From NCBI GenBank assembly GCA_963559365.1, contig CAUWKC010000006.1, positions 1 to 59,175 of the forward strand: a DNA stretch of 59,175 bases, in the 5' to 3' direction. Positions within the stretch are counted from its first letter, which is position 1. The number at the start of each line of letters is the position of its first letter. Positions 19,683 through 28,917 of this stretch are shown piece after piece. Position numbers and translations under genes: made by a program. This DNA comes from an uncultured Clostridia bacterium (lineage in GTDB: Bacteria > Bacillota > Clostridia > TANB77 > CAG-508). The notes under the pieces were generated by a model. It made no database searches, had not been told where the DNA came from, and saw only the letters and a list, made by a program, of their open reading frames with translations.

Positions 19683-20789
19683 ATGGCAAATATATTTGAT
19701 TATATAAAATGGAGAGGAGATTTAAGCTTACAAAAAGATGAATTCAATGAAATAGATAATTTAATTTTATCGAGATTTTCATATTTTCCTTTTGATAAAA
19801 TAATAAAAGAAAATGAAGTAGTGACAATAAAAGAATTAAGCAAGAGATTTCAAGAAAATGATGTAAAAAAGATGGCTATCCTATGGAAAGATGACATTAA
19901 GCTATTTCCACAAATGGGAATGTCAAAAAGATTTGGGGAAATGAGAGCAACCAAATATGTAAATAAAATAAATATAGAACAAGAAAAGCAATTTTCAGCT
20001 ATAACAATAATAATGCCAGATGATACAATATATGTATCATATAGAGGTACAGACAATACAGTAATAGGATGGAAAGAGGATTTTAATATAGCATTTAGAA
20101 GTCATATACCATCTCAATTAGATGCACTTAAATATTTAGAAGAAATAGCTGAAAAATATCCTAATAAACTAAGAATAGGGGGACATTCAAAAGGTGGAAA
20201 TCTTGCAGTATATGCATCAGTATTTGCAAATAAAAATTTGAAAGATAGAATAATAAATATTTATAATAATGATGGTCCAGGATTTAATGATGAAATAATT
20301 GAAAAAGAAGAATATAAAGAAATCATAAAAAAAGTAAACACATATATACCACAAGATTCTATATTTGGAAGATTATTAAATCATGAAGAAAAATATACAG
20401 TTGTAAAAAGTACTCAAAAAGGTCTTATGCAACATGATTTGTACAGTTGGCAACTGATAGGTAAGAAATTTATATCTTTAAAAGAAGTTACAAATGGAAG
20501 TAAGTTTATAGATAAATCAATAAAAGACTGGTTTGAGCAAATAGATATAAATCAGAGAGAGCAAGTGATAGATATAATTTTTCAAATTATAAATACTACA
20601 AAAATAGAAACAATTTTAGATTTAAAAAATAACTGGTTTTCAAACGCAAGAATAATATTAAATTCATATAAAATGATTGATCCAGAAAGTAAAAAGATGA
20701 TTTTAGAAACTTTATCTGCTTTATTTAAAATTGTAAAAGATAACTTTTTGGAAGAACATCCAAGGTTAAAAATAAAAGAAAAAAATTAA
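19683..20789 (+). CDS. DUF2974/Mbeg1-like alpha/beta hydrolase
   Basis: YRGTD..IGWKEDF, GHSKGG nucleophile elbow, DGPGF, QHDLYSW. Confidence 0.88.
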   Translation: MANIFDYIKWRGDLSLQKDEFNEIDNLILSRFSYFPFDKIIKENEVVTIKELSKRFQENDVKKMAILWKDDIKLFPQMGMSKRFGEMRATKYVNKINIEQEKQFSAITIIMPDDTIYVSYRGTDNTVIGWKEDFNIAFRSHIPSQLDALKYLEEIAEKYPNKLRIGGHSKGGNLAVYASVFANKNLKDRIINIYNNDGPGFNDEIIEKEEYKEIIKKVNTYIPQDSIFGRLLNHEEKYTVVKSTQKGLMQHDLYSWQLIGKKFISLKEVTNGSKFIDKSIKDWFEQIDINQREQVIDIIFQIINTTKIETILDLKNNWFSNARIILNSYKMIDPESKKMILETLSALFKIVKDNFLEEHPRLKIKEKN

Positions 20790-20798
20790 TGCTATTAA

Positions 20799-21293
20799 AT
20801 GTTATGGGAGATAATGATGAATTTTTTAATGTCTTTAATATTTTGTATAATATTAATTTTAACAATTTTTATACCATATATGATTTTTGTGGCAATATTT
20901 GCTGTGCTAATTTGGGCAATAACTACAAAAAAGATTGCTAGTAAAGCACTTAAAACTTTAATAATTATAGTTGTTTTACTTTATGGAACTATAATAATAG
21001 GTAGCTTTAAAACTGAAACACCTGATAATTTATATACAAAAATTAAAGAAATGAATGATAGTAAAAGTCTTATAGGATTAAATTCAGAAGAAGTTATCAA
21101 ATTATTAGGAAAGCCAGAAGATGAATATAATAGTAGGGACAATGAAAAAAATTATGTATATTATGCAGGGGAAATACTAAAAAAATCATATTGGGGCTAT
21201 TCTTATACTCATGAATATTATAAAATTAATATATCTTTTGATGAAAATGATAAAGTAGAAGATACGGTAATGAAACTGCTTCCTTCAAGTTGA
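20799..21293 (+). CDS. Hypothetical membrane protein
   Basis: Two N-terminal TM segments, GLNSEEVIKLLGKP repeat-like motif; start may be 20814. Confidence 0.6.
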   Translation: MLWEIMMNFLMSLIFCIILILTIFIPYMIFVAIFAVLIWAITTKKIASKALKTLIIIVVLLYGTIIIGSFKTETPDNLYTKIKEMNDSKSLIGLNSEEVIKLLGKPEDEYNSRDNEKNYVYYAGEILKKSYWGYSYTHEYYKINISFDENDKVEDTVMKLLPSS

Positions 21294-21431
21294 ACAATAG
21301 TAAAATGATGATAAGCAGACGTGGTTTTGCCACCAATTTTTATGAATATTTAAATATTTATTGTTAGATGATATATGAAAGAAAAATAATATTAGATAAA
21401 AGCAATACAATGGAGGGAGAAGAAACAAAAT

Positions 21432-22533
21432 ATGGCGTATTCGTTGGAATTAAAAGAGAAAGTATTAATGAAAATAGAAAATGGAGAAAAAATAAAAGAT
21501 ATTTCAGATGATATAGGAATTAGTAAGTCAACATTATACAAATGGGTAAAAGAAATGGAAGATAAAAATATAACTGTTCAAAAGCAAAAAGTATTTATGA
21601 AGAAGAGAATAATATGTATATAGAAGAAAAAATGACAAGTAAAGAACAATCAAAAAAAATAAAAACTTTAATAAAAAGAAGACAATTTCAAGAAGCAAAG
21701 GAAATAGGAGAAAAATTTATAGATAATGCACCAATACAATCGCAAATGGTAACAATAGCAATAAGAGAAGGCGATAAAGAAGAAACAAAAGAATACTGGA
21801 AAGAAGAAAAACAACAAACAATCAAAAATATAATAAAGACAAAAATATATTGGGATAAAATAACTGGCGAAGTTGTAGACGAAATAAACAATAATAATAA
21901 TGGATTAACGGAATATGAGAAAACAATAATGATGTTAGCAATATGTCAAAAAAACAATTAAGTAAAAGAATAGTACAAATCATATCGTCTACTAAAGGAA
22001 AGTTTACACATGAACAACAGAAGGTGCTTTCACAAATTTTAGATAAGAGTAAATCAAAAAGAAAAACTATTTTTGATATGACATTTTATGATGAAATTTT
22101 AAAATGGAATTTTGATGAAAAATTGAATCAACAATATATTGAAGAAGAAAGAGAAGAAATAAGAAAGAAGAAAATGGAAGAAGAAAAAAGAGAAGAAATA
22201 AGAAAGAAAAAAGAGGAAGAAGAAAAAAGAGAAGAAATAAGAAAAAGAAAAGTGGGAGAAGAAACAGGGAAAATAAAAGAATATAAACAAAATATAAAAA
22301 AAGATGTGAAAAATAAAAAAATTAGTTATATATTAAATTATTTTGATAAGCTGAAACTGAAAGTGTATTGTGAAATGCAATCAGTAAATTATAAAAAACA
22401 AAAAAATGCTATTAAAAAATGGGATGAAATAGAAAATGTAATAGAAAAACTAAAAAATAATCCTAATGATATAGAAGTGGAAAAATTGTATGCAAAAATT
22501 AAAATGATAACAGAAAATGATTTAGAAAAATAA
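21432..22533 (+). pseudogene. HTH-containing gene fragmented by two frameshifts near A-runs
   Basis: N-terminal MAYSLELKEKV...GISKSTLYKW HTH; overlapping ORFs 21432-21623, 21614-21961, 21943-22533. Confidence 0.55.
22141..22250 (+). repeat. Three-copy ~36-bp coding tandem repeat
   Basis: GAAGAAGAAA(AA)AGAGAAGAAATAAGAAA units encoding EEEKREEIRKKK. Confidence 0.75.
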
Positions 22534-22737
22534 TATTGATTAAAATTATATGAATTTATTATAAATAAAATTAAAGATAATGATATGTAACTAAAGGGGA
22601 GAAGATATAAATCAATGTCAAAATTATTCAATGTAGCAGACAGGTTATGGTGGTGGCATAAAAAATAAAGTGGAATTATTAAAATTAGAAGGAAATGATA
22701 TGAGTGAATTTTTTACTCCTAAAAGAGGTACAGTATT

Positions 22738-23280
22738 ATGAAAAGGTGCAAATGGTGTAATTTAAAAAATGAATTGTATGTAAAGTACCATGATAAAGAA
22801 TGGTGTAAGTTAAATTTAGAGGATAAATACTTATTTGAAATGCTAATATTAGAGTCTTTTCAAGCTGGACTTTCTTGGGAATGTGTGCTAAACAAAAGAG
22901 AAAGTTTTAGACAAGCATTTGATAATTTTGATATAGATATAATTTGTAATTATGATGATAATAAAATACAAGAATTATTACAAAATAAAAATATCATAAG
23001 AAATAAATTAAAAATAAAGGCAACTATAAATAATAGTAAAATTTTCAAAAATATACAAAGTCAATATGGTTCTTTTCATAATTATTTAAAAACATTTACG
23101 AAAGATACCATTATTTATGAAACAGATAAAACTACAAATGAGTTATCAGATACAATTTCAAAAGATTTACAAAAAAGAGGGATGAAATTTGTGGGTAGTA
23201 CAATAATTTATTCTTATTTACAAGCAATAGGAATTATATACTCACATGAAAAACAATGCTTTTTGTATAAAAATAGTTGA
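22738..23280 (+). CDS. tag: DNA-3-methyladenine glycosylase I
   Basis: RCKW, YHDKEW, LESFQAGLSW, IIRNKLKI, GMKFVG, H..C. Confidence 0.93.
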   Translation: MKRCKWCNLKNELYVKYHDKEWCKLNLEDKYLFEMLILESFQAGLSWECVLNKRESFRQAFDNFDIDIICNYDDNKIQELLQNKNIIRNKLKIKATINNSKIFKNIQSQYGSFHNYLKTFTKDTIIYETDKTTNELSDTISKDLQKRGMKFVGSTIIYSYLQAIGIIYSHEKQCFLYKNS

Positions 23281-23436
23281 AGTGACAAATTACAATTAAT
23301 ACTTTAAAGATATTAAGAAATTAATATCTCTTTTTTTATTCATTTCGATATGTTAAAACGTTTTTAATAATAGGAGTAATACTTTTAAAGATGAATTCAT
23401 AAAATTAAACAAAAACTTAAAAGGAGAAAAACTATT

Positions 23437-23553
23437 ATGAAAAACAAAGAAAACATAAATATTAAAATACAATATGGAGAGCAAGATTTAAAAGAAATAA
23501 TAGTAGAACTACTAAAGCAAAAATATATAGAATATATAACTATTTGCTCTTGA
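23437..23553 (+). CDS. Small protein (38 aa) directly upstream of recombinase; candidate directionality factor
   Basis: Not in ORF track; AAGGAG RBS; MKNKENINIKIQYGEQDLKEIIVELLKQKYIEYITICS. Confidence 0.5.
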   Translation: MKNKENINIKIQYGEQDLKEIIVELLKQKYIEYITICS

Positions 23554-23562
23554 AAAAGGAGA

Positions 23563-25173
23563 GTGATAAAAATTAATCAAGTAAATAGTTATAGAAATGT
23601 AAGAGTAGCCAAATACATACGTTTATCTCGTGAAGACGGAGATGACCGAGAAAGTGAAAGTGTAGAAAATCAAAGAGATATTATAGACAATTATATACAA
23701 GAGCATAAAGAATTAATAGAAGTAGGAGAATATGTTGATGATGGATATACAGGTACAAATTTTAATAGACCGGGATTTCAGAAAATGTTAAAAGATATAG
23801 AAAATGAAAAAATAGATTGTATCATAACAAAAGATTTATCAAGATTTGGAAGAGATCATATAGATACAGGTTATTACTTAGAAAGGTATTTGCCAACAAA
23901 TAATATTAGATACATAGCAATTGGAGACAATGTAGATACATTAAAATCAGATGGATTGCAGTTTTTAACATTTAAGCTTAGCTTTAATGATTATTATGCA
24001 CAAGATATATCAAATAAAATAAAAAGTGTAAAACAAAGAAAAATAGAAAAGGGAGAATATCAAGCAGGAATACCACCATATGGATACAAAAAAGATACAG
24101 AGCAAAAAAATCATTTAATACCAGATGAATATAGTTCACAAATTGTAAAAGAAATATTTGAAATGTATGTAAAAAAAGGAATGTCAACAATTAAAATTGC
24201 CGATGAGTTAAATAAAAGAGAGATAGAACCACCAGCAATATATTTAAAAATTCCAACATATATGAAAAGAAAAAGTGCAAATCCTAGTGGAAAATATGTA
24301 TGGTTAAGGGCACAAATAGGAAAAATTTTAAGAAATGAAGTTTATTTAGGAAATGTAGTTGGAAGAAAATTTCAAAAAGTTAGCCATAAAATAGCAAAAG
24401 TAAGATGTACCAAAAAAGAAGAACACATTGTGCTAGAAAATATGCATGAGCCAATTATAGACATTGAAACTTGGAATAAGGCACAAGAAAAATTAAATGG
24501 ATATACAAAAACAAGAAAAAGAAAATATGACCACATATTAAAAGGAGTAGTATATTGTGGAGAATGTGGCAATAAAGCAACTTTAAGATGTAGAGAAGAA
24601 AAAAGAAAAAACGGAAATGTATGGAAAGCAACATATTTTATTTGTTCGAAAAGAAATAATTATAGTGGATTATGTGATAACAAACAAATATCAGCAAATT
24701 TAATTGAAGAAGTCATTATTAGTAAAATAAAAGAAGAAATAAAAAAAATAAATTTATCAGAAAAAGAAATAAAAGAAATATATGAACAAGCCAAAAAAGA
24801 ATCTAAAAGCAAATGTAACCTATTACAAACAAAACTACAAGAATTAAAACATACATTACAAAATATAGAAAATGCAATTGAAGAAATTTATCAAGATAAA
24901 ATAAATAAAATAATACAAGTAGAAGACTTTAAAATAATTTATGAAAAAAAACAAAAAGAAAGAAATAAAGTTATAGGAGAGATTAATAAAATAGAAAAAG
25001 AACTAAAAAATATTAATAATAAGCAACCAAAAATTGATTTTGAAGAAATAAAACAAATTACAGAAAAGTTCTTAAATATGAAGGAGCCTAATAAAATGAT
25101 ATTAGAAAAGTTAATCGAAAAAATTGAATTTGATAAAGATAAAAATATAAAAATTAAATTTAATTTTTTTTAA
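23563..25173 (+). CDS. Large serine recombinase (SpoIVCA/CisA-like)
   Basis: YIRLSRED catalytic Ser, DDGYTG..RPGF, KDLSRFGR, PYGY, Zn ribbon CGECG...C, coiled coil. Confidence 0.96.
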   Translation: MIKINQVNSYRNVRVAKYIRLSREDGDDRESESVENQRDIIDNYIQEHKELIEVGEYVDDGYTGTNFNRPGFQKMLKDIENEKIDCIITKDLSRFGRDHIDTGYYLERYLPTNNIRYIAIGDNVDTLKSDGLQFLTFKLSFNDYYAQDISNKIKSVKQRKIEKGEYQAGIPPYGYKKDTEQKNHLIPDEYSSQIVKEIFEMYVKKGMSTIKIADELNKREIEPPAIYLKIPTYMKRKSANPSGKYVWLRAQIGKILRNEVYLGNVVGRKFQKVSHKIAKVRCTKKEEHIVLENMHEPIIDIETWNKAQEKLNGYTKTRKRKYDHILKGVVYCGECGNKATLRCREEKRKNGNVWKATYFICSKRNNYSGLCDNKQISANLIEEVIISKIKEEIKKINLSEKEIKEIYEQAKKESKSKCNLLQTKLQELKHTLQNIENAIEEIYQDKINKIIQVEDFKIIYEKKQKERNKVIGEINKIEKELKNINNKQPKIDFEEIKQITEKFLNMKEPNKMILEKLIEKIEFDKDKNIKIKFNFF

Positions 25174-25198
25174 CATTAAGAAAATAGGAAATCATACA

Positions 25199-25582
25199 GT
25201 AAACCATAAAAGTATGCCAGAAATAACAGAAGAAGAAATAAGAACAGAAATAATGAACCTACACCAAACAATACAAGAAAAATTCAATTATGAAATGAAA
25301 TATATAAGACCACCAAAAGGAGAATATAGTGAAAAAACATTAAAAATTACTAACCAATTAGGATATAAAACAGTCATGTGGTCATTTGCATATGAAGACT
25401 GGAATGAAGACAAACAACCAGAAGAAGAAGCAGCTAAGAAAAAAATAATAGAAAATTTACATCCAGGAGAAATAATGTTACTACATGGAAATTCAAAAAC
25501 CAATACAAAAATATTAAACAATATTATAAAAGAAGCAAAAGCTATAGGTTATGAATTTAAATCACTTGAAGAATTCGAGTGA
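25199..25582 (+). CDS. pdaA: PdaA-like polysaccharide deacetylase, 3' part
   Basis: VNHKSMP, YIRPPKGEYS, MWSFAYEDW, HPGEIMLLH; joined protein is 266 aa. Confidence 0.88.
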   Translation, partial: VNHKSMPEITEEEIRTEIMNLHQTIQEKFNYEMKYIRPPKGEYSEKTLKITNQLGYKTVMWSFAYEDWNEDKQPEEEAAKKKIIENLHPGEIMLLHGNSKTNTKILNNIIKEAKAIGYEFKSLEEFE

Positions 25583-25707
25583 GACAACAGGGACAGTTCC
25601 AAAATGTCTCACAAATTGTGCTGAAAAAAGTCGAAAAAAGTAAAAAACAAGAAGCGACAAAAAATGACAAAAAAGTGAGACATTTTGGAACTGTCCCTAT
25701 TGTCTCA
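25580..25707. repeat. REPIN-like doublet (family 1) between pdaA and yqfC
   Basis: 33-bp inverted arms 25580-25612 and 25675-25707 with one mismatch; the left arm supplies the pdaA TGA. Confidence 0.9.
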
Positions 25708-25720
25708 GAAAGGAAGAGCA

Positions 25721-26011
25721 ATGAGAAAAAAACGAAGTGTTGGGAGTTATAGTAAGTTGGATAAGATATTGGAAATGCCTCAAGAGGTTTGTTCGGAAGT
25801 TCCTAAGATTGTTATTACAGGTTTTGATGAGATGATTATTGAGAATTTTAAAGGGATTTTAGAGTATGAGGAGTTTTTTGTTAGGATTAATACTCATATT
25901 GGTATTGTTAATGTTAATGGGTTTGATTTGAATTTGGAAAATATGACAAATGATGATATTAAAGTTACAGGGAAGATTGAGAGTGTGGATATGGAGAGAA
26001 TTACAGATTGA
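25721..26011 (+). CDS. yqfC: YabP/YqfC family sporulation protein
   Basis: LEMPQEV..PKIVITG..MIIENFKGILEY; upstream of yqfD; AAGGAAG RBS. Confidence 0.85.
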   Translation: MRKKRSVGSYSKLDKILEMPQEVCSEVPKIVITGFDEMIIENFKGILEYEEFFVRINTHIGIVNVNGFDLNLENMTNDDIKVTGKIESVDMERITD

Positions 26012-26025
26012 AAGGGTTTTGGTAA

Positions 26026-27210
26026 ATGCTGATTAAAAGGGTGTTTAGTTATATTATAGGTTATTTGCAAATTACTATAGAGGGATATTATATTGAGAGG
26101 TTTATTAATTTATGCCGTAATTATAAAATTGATATTTGGCATTTAAAGCGAAAAGAGGAAATTAAGTTAGTGGCTAGGATAGGTGTGCATGATTTTAAGA
26201 AGGTCTGCCAAATAGCTAAAAAAACACGTTGTAAAGTGAAAATAGAGAGGAAAAGGGGATTGCCTTTTTTCTTAAATCGATATAAAAAAAGAAAGATATT
26301 TTTTCTGTTTTTATTGTTTATATTGATTTTGATTTTCTTATCTTCTAATTTTGTATGGAATGTGGATATTCGAGAAGAAAATGGTAAAGTTCTGGAAAAT
26401 ATAGAAAATGATATTAAAAATGCTGGATTAGTTATAGGAACGTGGAAAGAAAAAGTAAATAGGAAAGAGATTATTAATAAAATTCGATTGGAAAGAAATG
26501 ATATTGCTTGGATGGGGATAGAATTGAAGGGAACTAATGCTATTGTGAAAATAGTTAAAGCTGAAGAAAAACCAGAAATTATTGATGAAGGAGAATATTG
26601 TAGTATTGTTTCGGATAAAGTAGGAATTATTACAAAAATTAATGCTCAAAGTGGAACTGCTAATGTGAAAGTAGGAGATACAGTTAATGTGGGAGAAACG
26701 TTGATAAATGGTTGGATGGAAGGAAAATATACTGGGATTCGATATGTTCATGCTAAAGGAGAAGTTGAAGCAAAGGTGTGGCATACAAAATATGTAAATG
26801 TACCATATCAATCAAATGAAAGAATAGAAACAGGGAAAGTAGAAAATCAATATACAATAAAATTAAATAATTTTAAAATAAATTTGCATAAAGGGGTTTC
26901 AAAATTCAAAATTTATGATACAATAGAAACGGAAAACAAAATGAGGTTATTTTCGGACTTTTATTTGCCAATTTCAATTCTAAAAGTAACCAATAAAGAA
27001 ATAGAAGAAAAACCAAAAAATTATGAAATAGAAGAAGCTAAAAACATAGGGATACAACAATTAGAAAAAGAATTAGAACAAGAAATTGATAACAAAGAAG
27101 CAATTGTGGGGAAAAATATCAATACTTATGAAAAAGAAGATAGTATTGATGTATATGTCACATACGAAGTTTTAGAAAATATAGGGACAAATGAGAAAAT
27201 TGTATTTTGA
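26026..27210 (+). CDS. yqfD: Sporulation protein YqfD
   Basis: GY..IEG..IERFINLC, GLPF, TM segment, VKVGDTV..GETLING, HAKGEV.AKVW. Confidence 0.92.
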   Translation: MLIKRVFSYIIGYLQITIEGYYIERFINLCRNYKIDIWHLKRKEEIKLVARIGVHDFKKVCQIAKKTRCKVKIERKRGLPFFLNRYKKRKIFFLFLLFILILIFLSSNFVWNVDIREENGKVLENIENDIKNAGLVIGTWKEKVNRKEIINKIRLERNDIAWMGIELKGTNAIVKIVKAEEKPEIIDEGEYCSIVSDKVGIITKINAQSGTANVKVGDTVNVGETLINGWMEGKYTGIRYVHAKGEVEAKVWHTKYVNVPYQSNERIETGKVENQYTIKLNNFKINLHKGVSKFKIYDTIETENKMRLFSDFYLPISILKVTNKEIEEKPKNYEIEEAKNIGIQQLEKELEQEIDNKEAIVGKNINTYEKEDSIDVYVTYEVLENIGTNEKIVF

Positions 27211-27223
27211 AGGGATGATCTAA

Positions 27224-28426
27224 ATGGAAGAAAGAAGCCTTAGGATAACAGGTACAGATAAAACATTTTTTAATAAAATTACAAACACATTAACTAAAAT
27301 ATTAATACCAACTAGAATCGGAATTAATGGTATGTTAATTGCGAGAAAAAGAAATAATGTAATAAAAGCATTTGAAAATTATATAGAAAACGAAGAATAT
27401 GATAAAGAAGCAATAGAAAAAAAATATGACTCAGCATATGAAGCATATTTAACATCATTAGACAAATATGTGATGGATTCAATATATAAAAAAGTAAAAA
27501 ATAATACAGCATCTGAATTTGAAAAAAATGCATTATCTAAATATTATGAAGTAACAAGCTTAAAAGAAAGCGAATATATCGAATACAAAAACAGAAAACA
27601 AAAATATTTAATCGAATTAGACTATGAAGGAATTAAAGTAGATGGAAAAGAAAAAGTATTAGAAAGATACAATAAATTTTATGTATCAAAAATGGATTCT
27701 TTATATAAAGCTATCTTAAAAAACTATTCTATAAAAGTAGCGGATAATACAAATGCGTATGATTCTACTAAAGAATGGATTTACACAAAAATATTTTACA
27801 CACTAGAAGAATACATACAAAATATCTTATCATTAAAAATAGAAATAAACTATGACGAAAACATTAAAAATCTAGTATCAGACTATGAAAAATATGAATC
27901 ATATTTAGTAGGAAAATTAGATACAAGAGATAATATTGAAAAAAACATGGTATTACTTGGCATTAGTAGAAAATTATTTACACATAGTTTACCACTGGTA
28001 GTAGCAGAACAATGTTATGAAAAATTATTAAAAGATGCAAGAGTTTTAGTACAAGACACTAAAATGGCAGGAAAAAGAGAAAGAGCGTATTCAATGTTAA
28101 TTAATCTAATAGAAGATTATAATGTAAAATTATTATCTACAAAAGTATATTGGAATTCGCCAAAAGAAAGAGAAGAATATAAAACTTTCTGGAAATCTTA
28201 TCAAGAAATTGCAAAATTGAAAGAAAACGATTTTATCGAATATATTAAGCAAAAAGAAATTTTATTCATTAAGAACGATATGAAGAAATTAAGAGAAACC
28301 AAAACAGATTATTCTAAAATTATAAAATACTATAAAAGAAAATTAGTAGACTATGGAGCTATGAAACAAATTAGAAATACTTATAAATCAAATGGAAAAT
28401 ACATAAAAATAAAGGAAGTTGCTTAA
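27224..28426 (+). CDS. Hypothetical alpha-helical protein (400 aa)
   Basis: Long ORF with RBS and normal codon usage, no recognisable motif. Confidence 0.75.
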   Translation: MEERSLRITGTDKTFFNKITNTLTKILIPTRIGINGMLIARKRNNVIKAFENYIENEEYDKEAIEKKYDSAYEAYLTSLDKYVMDSIYKKVKNNTASEFEKNALSKYYEVTSLKESEYIEYKNRKQKYLIELDYEGIKVDGKEKVLERYNKFYVSKMDSLYKAILKNYSIKVADNTNAYDSTKEWIYTKIFYTLEEYIQNILSLKIEINYDENIKNLVSDYEKYESYLVGKLDTRDNIEKNMVLLGISRKLFTHSLPLVVAEQCYEKLLKDARVLVQDTKMAGKRERAYSMLINLIEDYNVKLLSTKVYWNSPKEREEYKTFWKSYQEIAKLKENDFIEYIKQKEILFIKNDMKKLRETKTDYSKIIKYYKRKLVDYGAMKQIRNTYKSNGKYIKIKEVA

Positions 28427-28427
28427 T

Positions 28428-28901
28428 ATGTATGAAATCATATATCAAGAAATAGAAGAAAAAAAAGAATATGAAAAAATTATTAAGAAGGTACTAGAAC
28501 AGTGTTTTAAAGAAGAAAAGTTGGAAAAGGCAAAATTATGTATTACAGTTACTTTAACAACACCTCAAGTGATTCGAGAAATTAATAAAACGTATCGAAA
28601 CATAGAAAAAGAAACTGATGTACTTTCTTTTCCTATGTTTGAAAAGGACGAGTTAGACAAAAAAATATTAGAAAATGATTTTAAATATGAAGATATGCTA
28701 GGAGATATTGTTATCTGTATAGAAAAAGTAGAAGAACAAGCTAAAGAATATGGACATAGTTTTGCAAGAGAATTAAGCTATATGTTAGTTCATGGATTTT
28801 ATCATTTAATGGGTTATGACCATATAAAAGAAGAGGACAAGATAAAAATGAGACCAAAAGAAGAAAAAATATTAGCAGACTTAAAAATAAATAGAGATTA
28901 G
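28428..28901 (+). CDS. ybeY: rRNA maturation RNase YbeY
   Basis: TDVLSFP, LGDIVI, HGFYHLMGYDH. Confidence 0.96.
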   Translation: MYEIIYQEIEEKKEYEKIIKKVLEQCFKEEKLEKAKLCITVTLTTPQVIREINKTYRNIEKETDVLSFPMFEKDELDKKILENDFKYEDMLGDIVICIEKVEEQAKEYGHSFARELSYMLVHGFYHLMGYDHIKEEDKIKMRPKEEKILADLKINRD

Positions 28902-28917
28902 AAAGGAGAAGATTTTA

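Larger units (their letters stand above)
18195..25198 (+). mobile_element. Skin-like gene-intervening element (6,990 bp) in pdaA with large serine recombinase
   Basis: 14-bp direct repeat TAGGAAATCATACA at 18195-18208 and 25185-25198; recombinase ends 12 bp before the right repeat; excision restores the pdaA frame. Confidence 0.92.

Noticed and set aside
21432-22533. Two further frameshifts as examples of CGG recoding
   Set aside because: No CGG at either junction. They lie at or near A-runs and need a -1 correction, consistent with ordinary decay or homopolymer error.
18209-25198. pdaA element as a prophage or ICE
   Set aside because: It has no structural, replication, relaxase or conjugation genes.
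25721-26400. A-depleted region as a diversity-generating retroelement variable repeat
   Set aside because: No reverse transcriptase or template/variable repeat pair is in the window, and the changes appear mostly synonymous.
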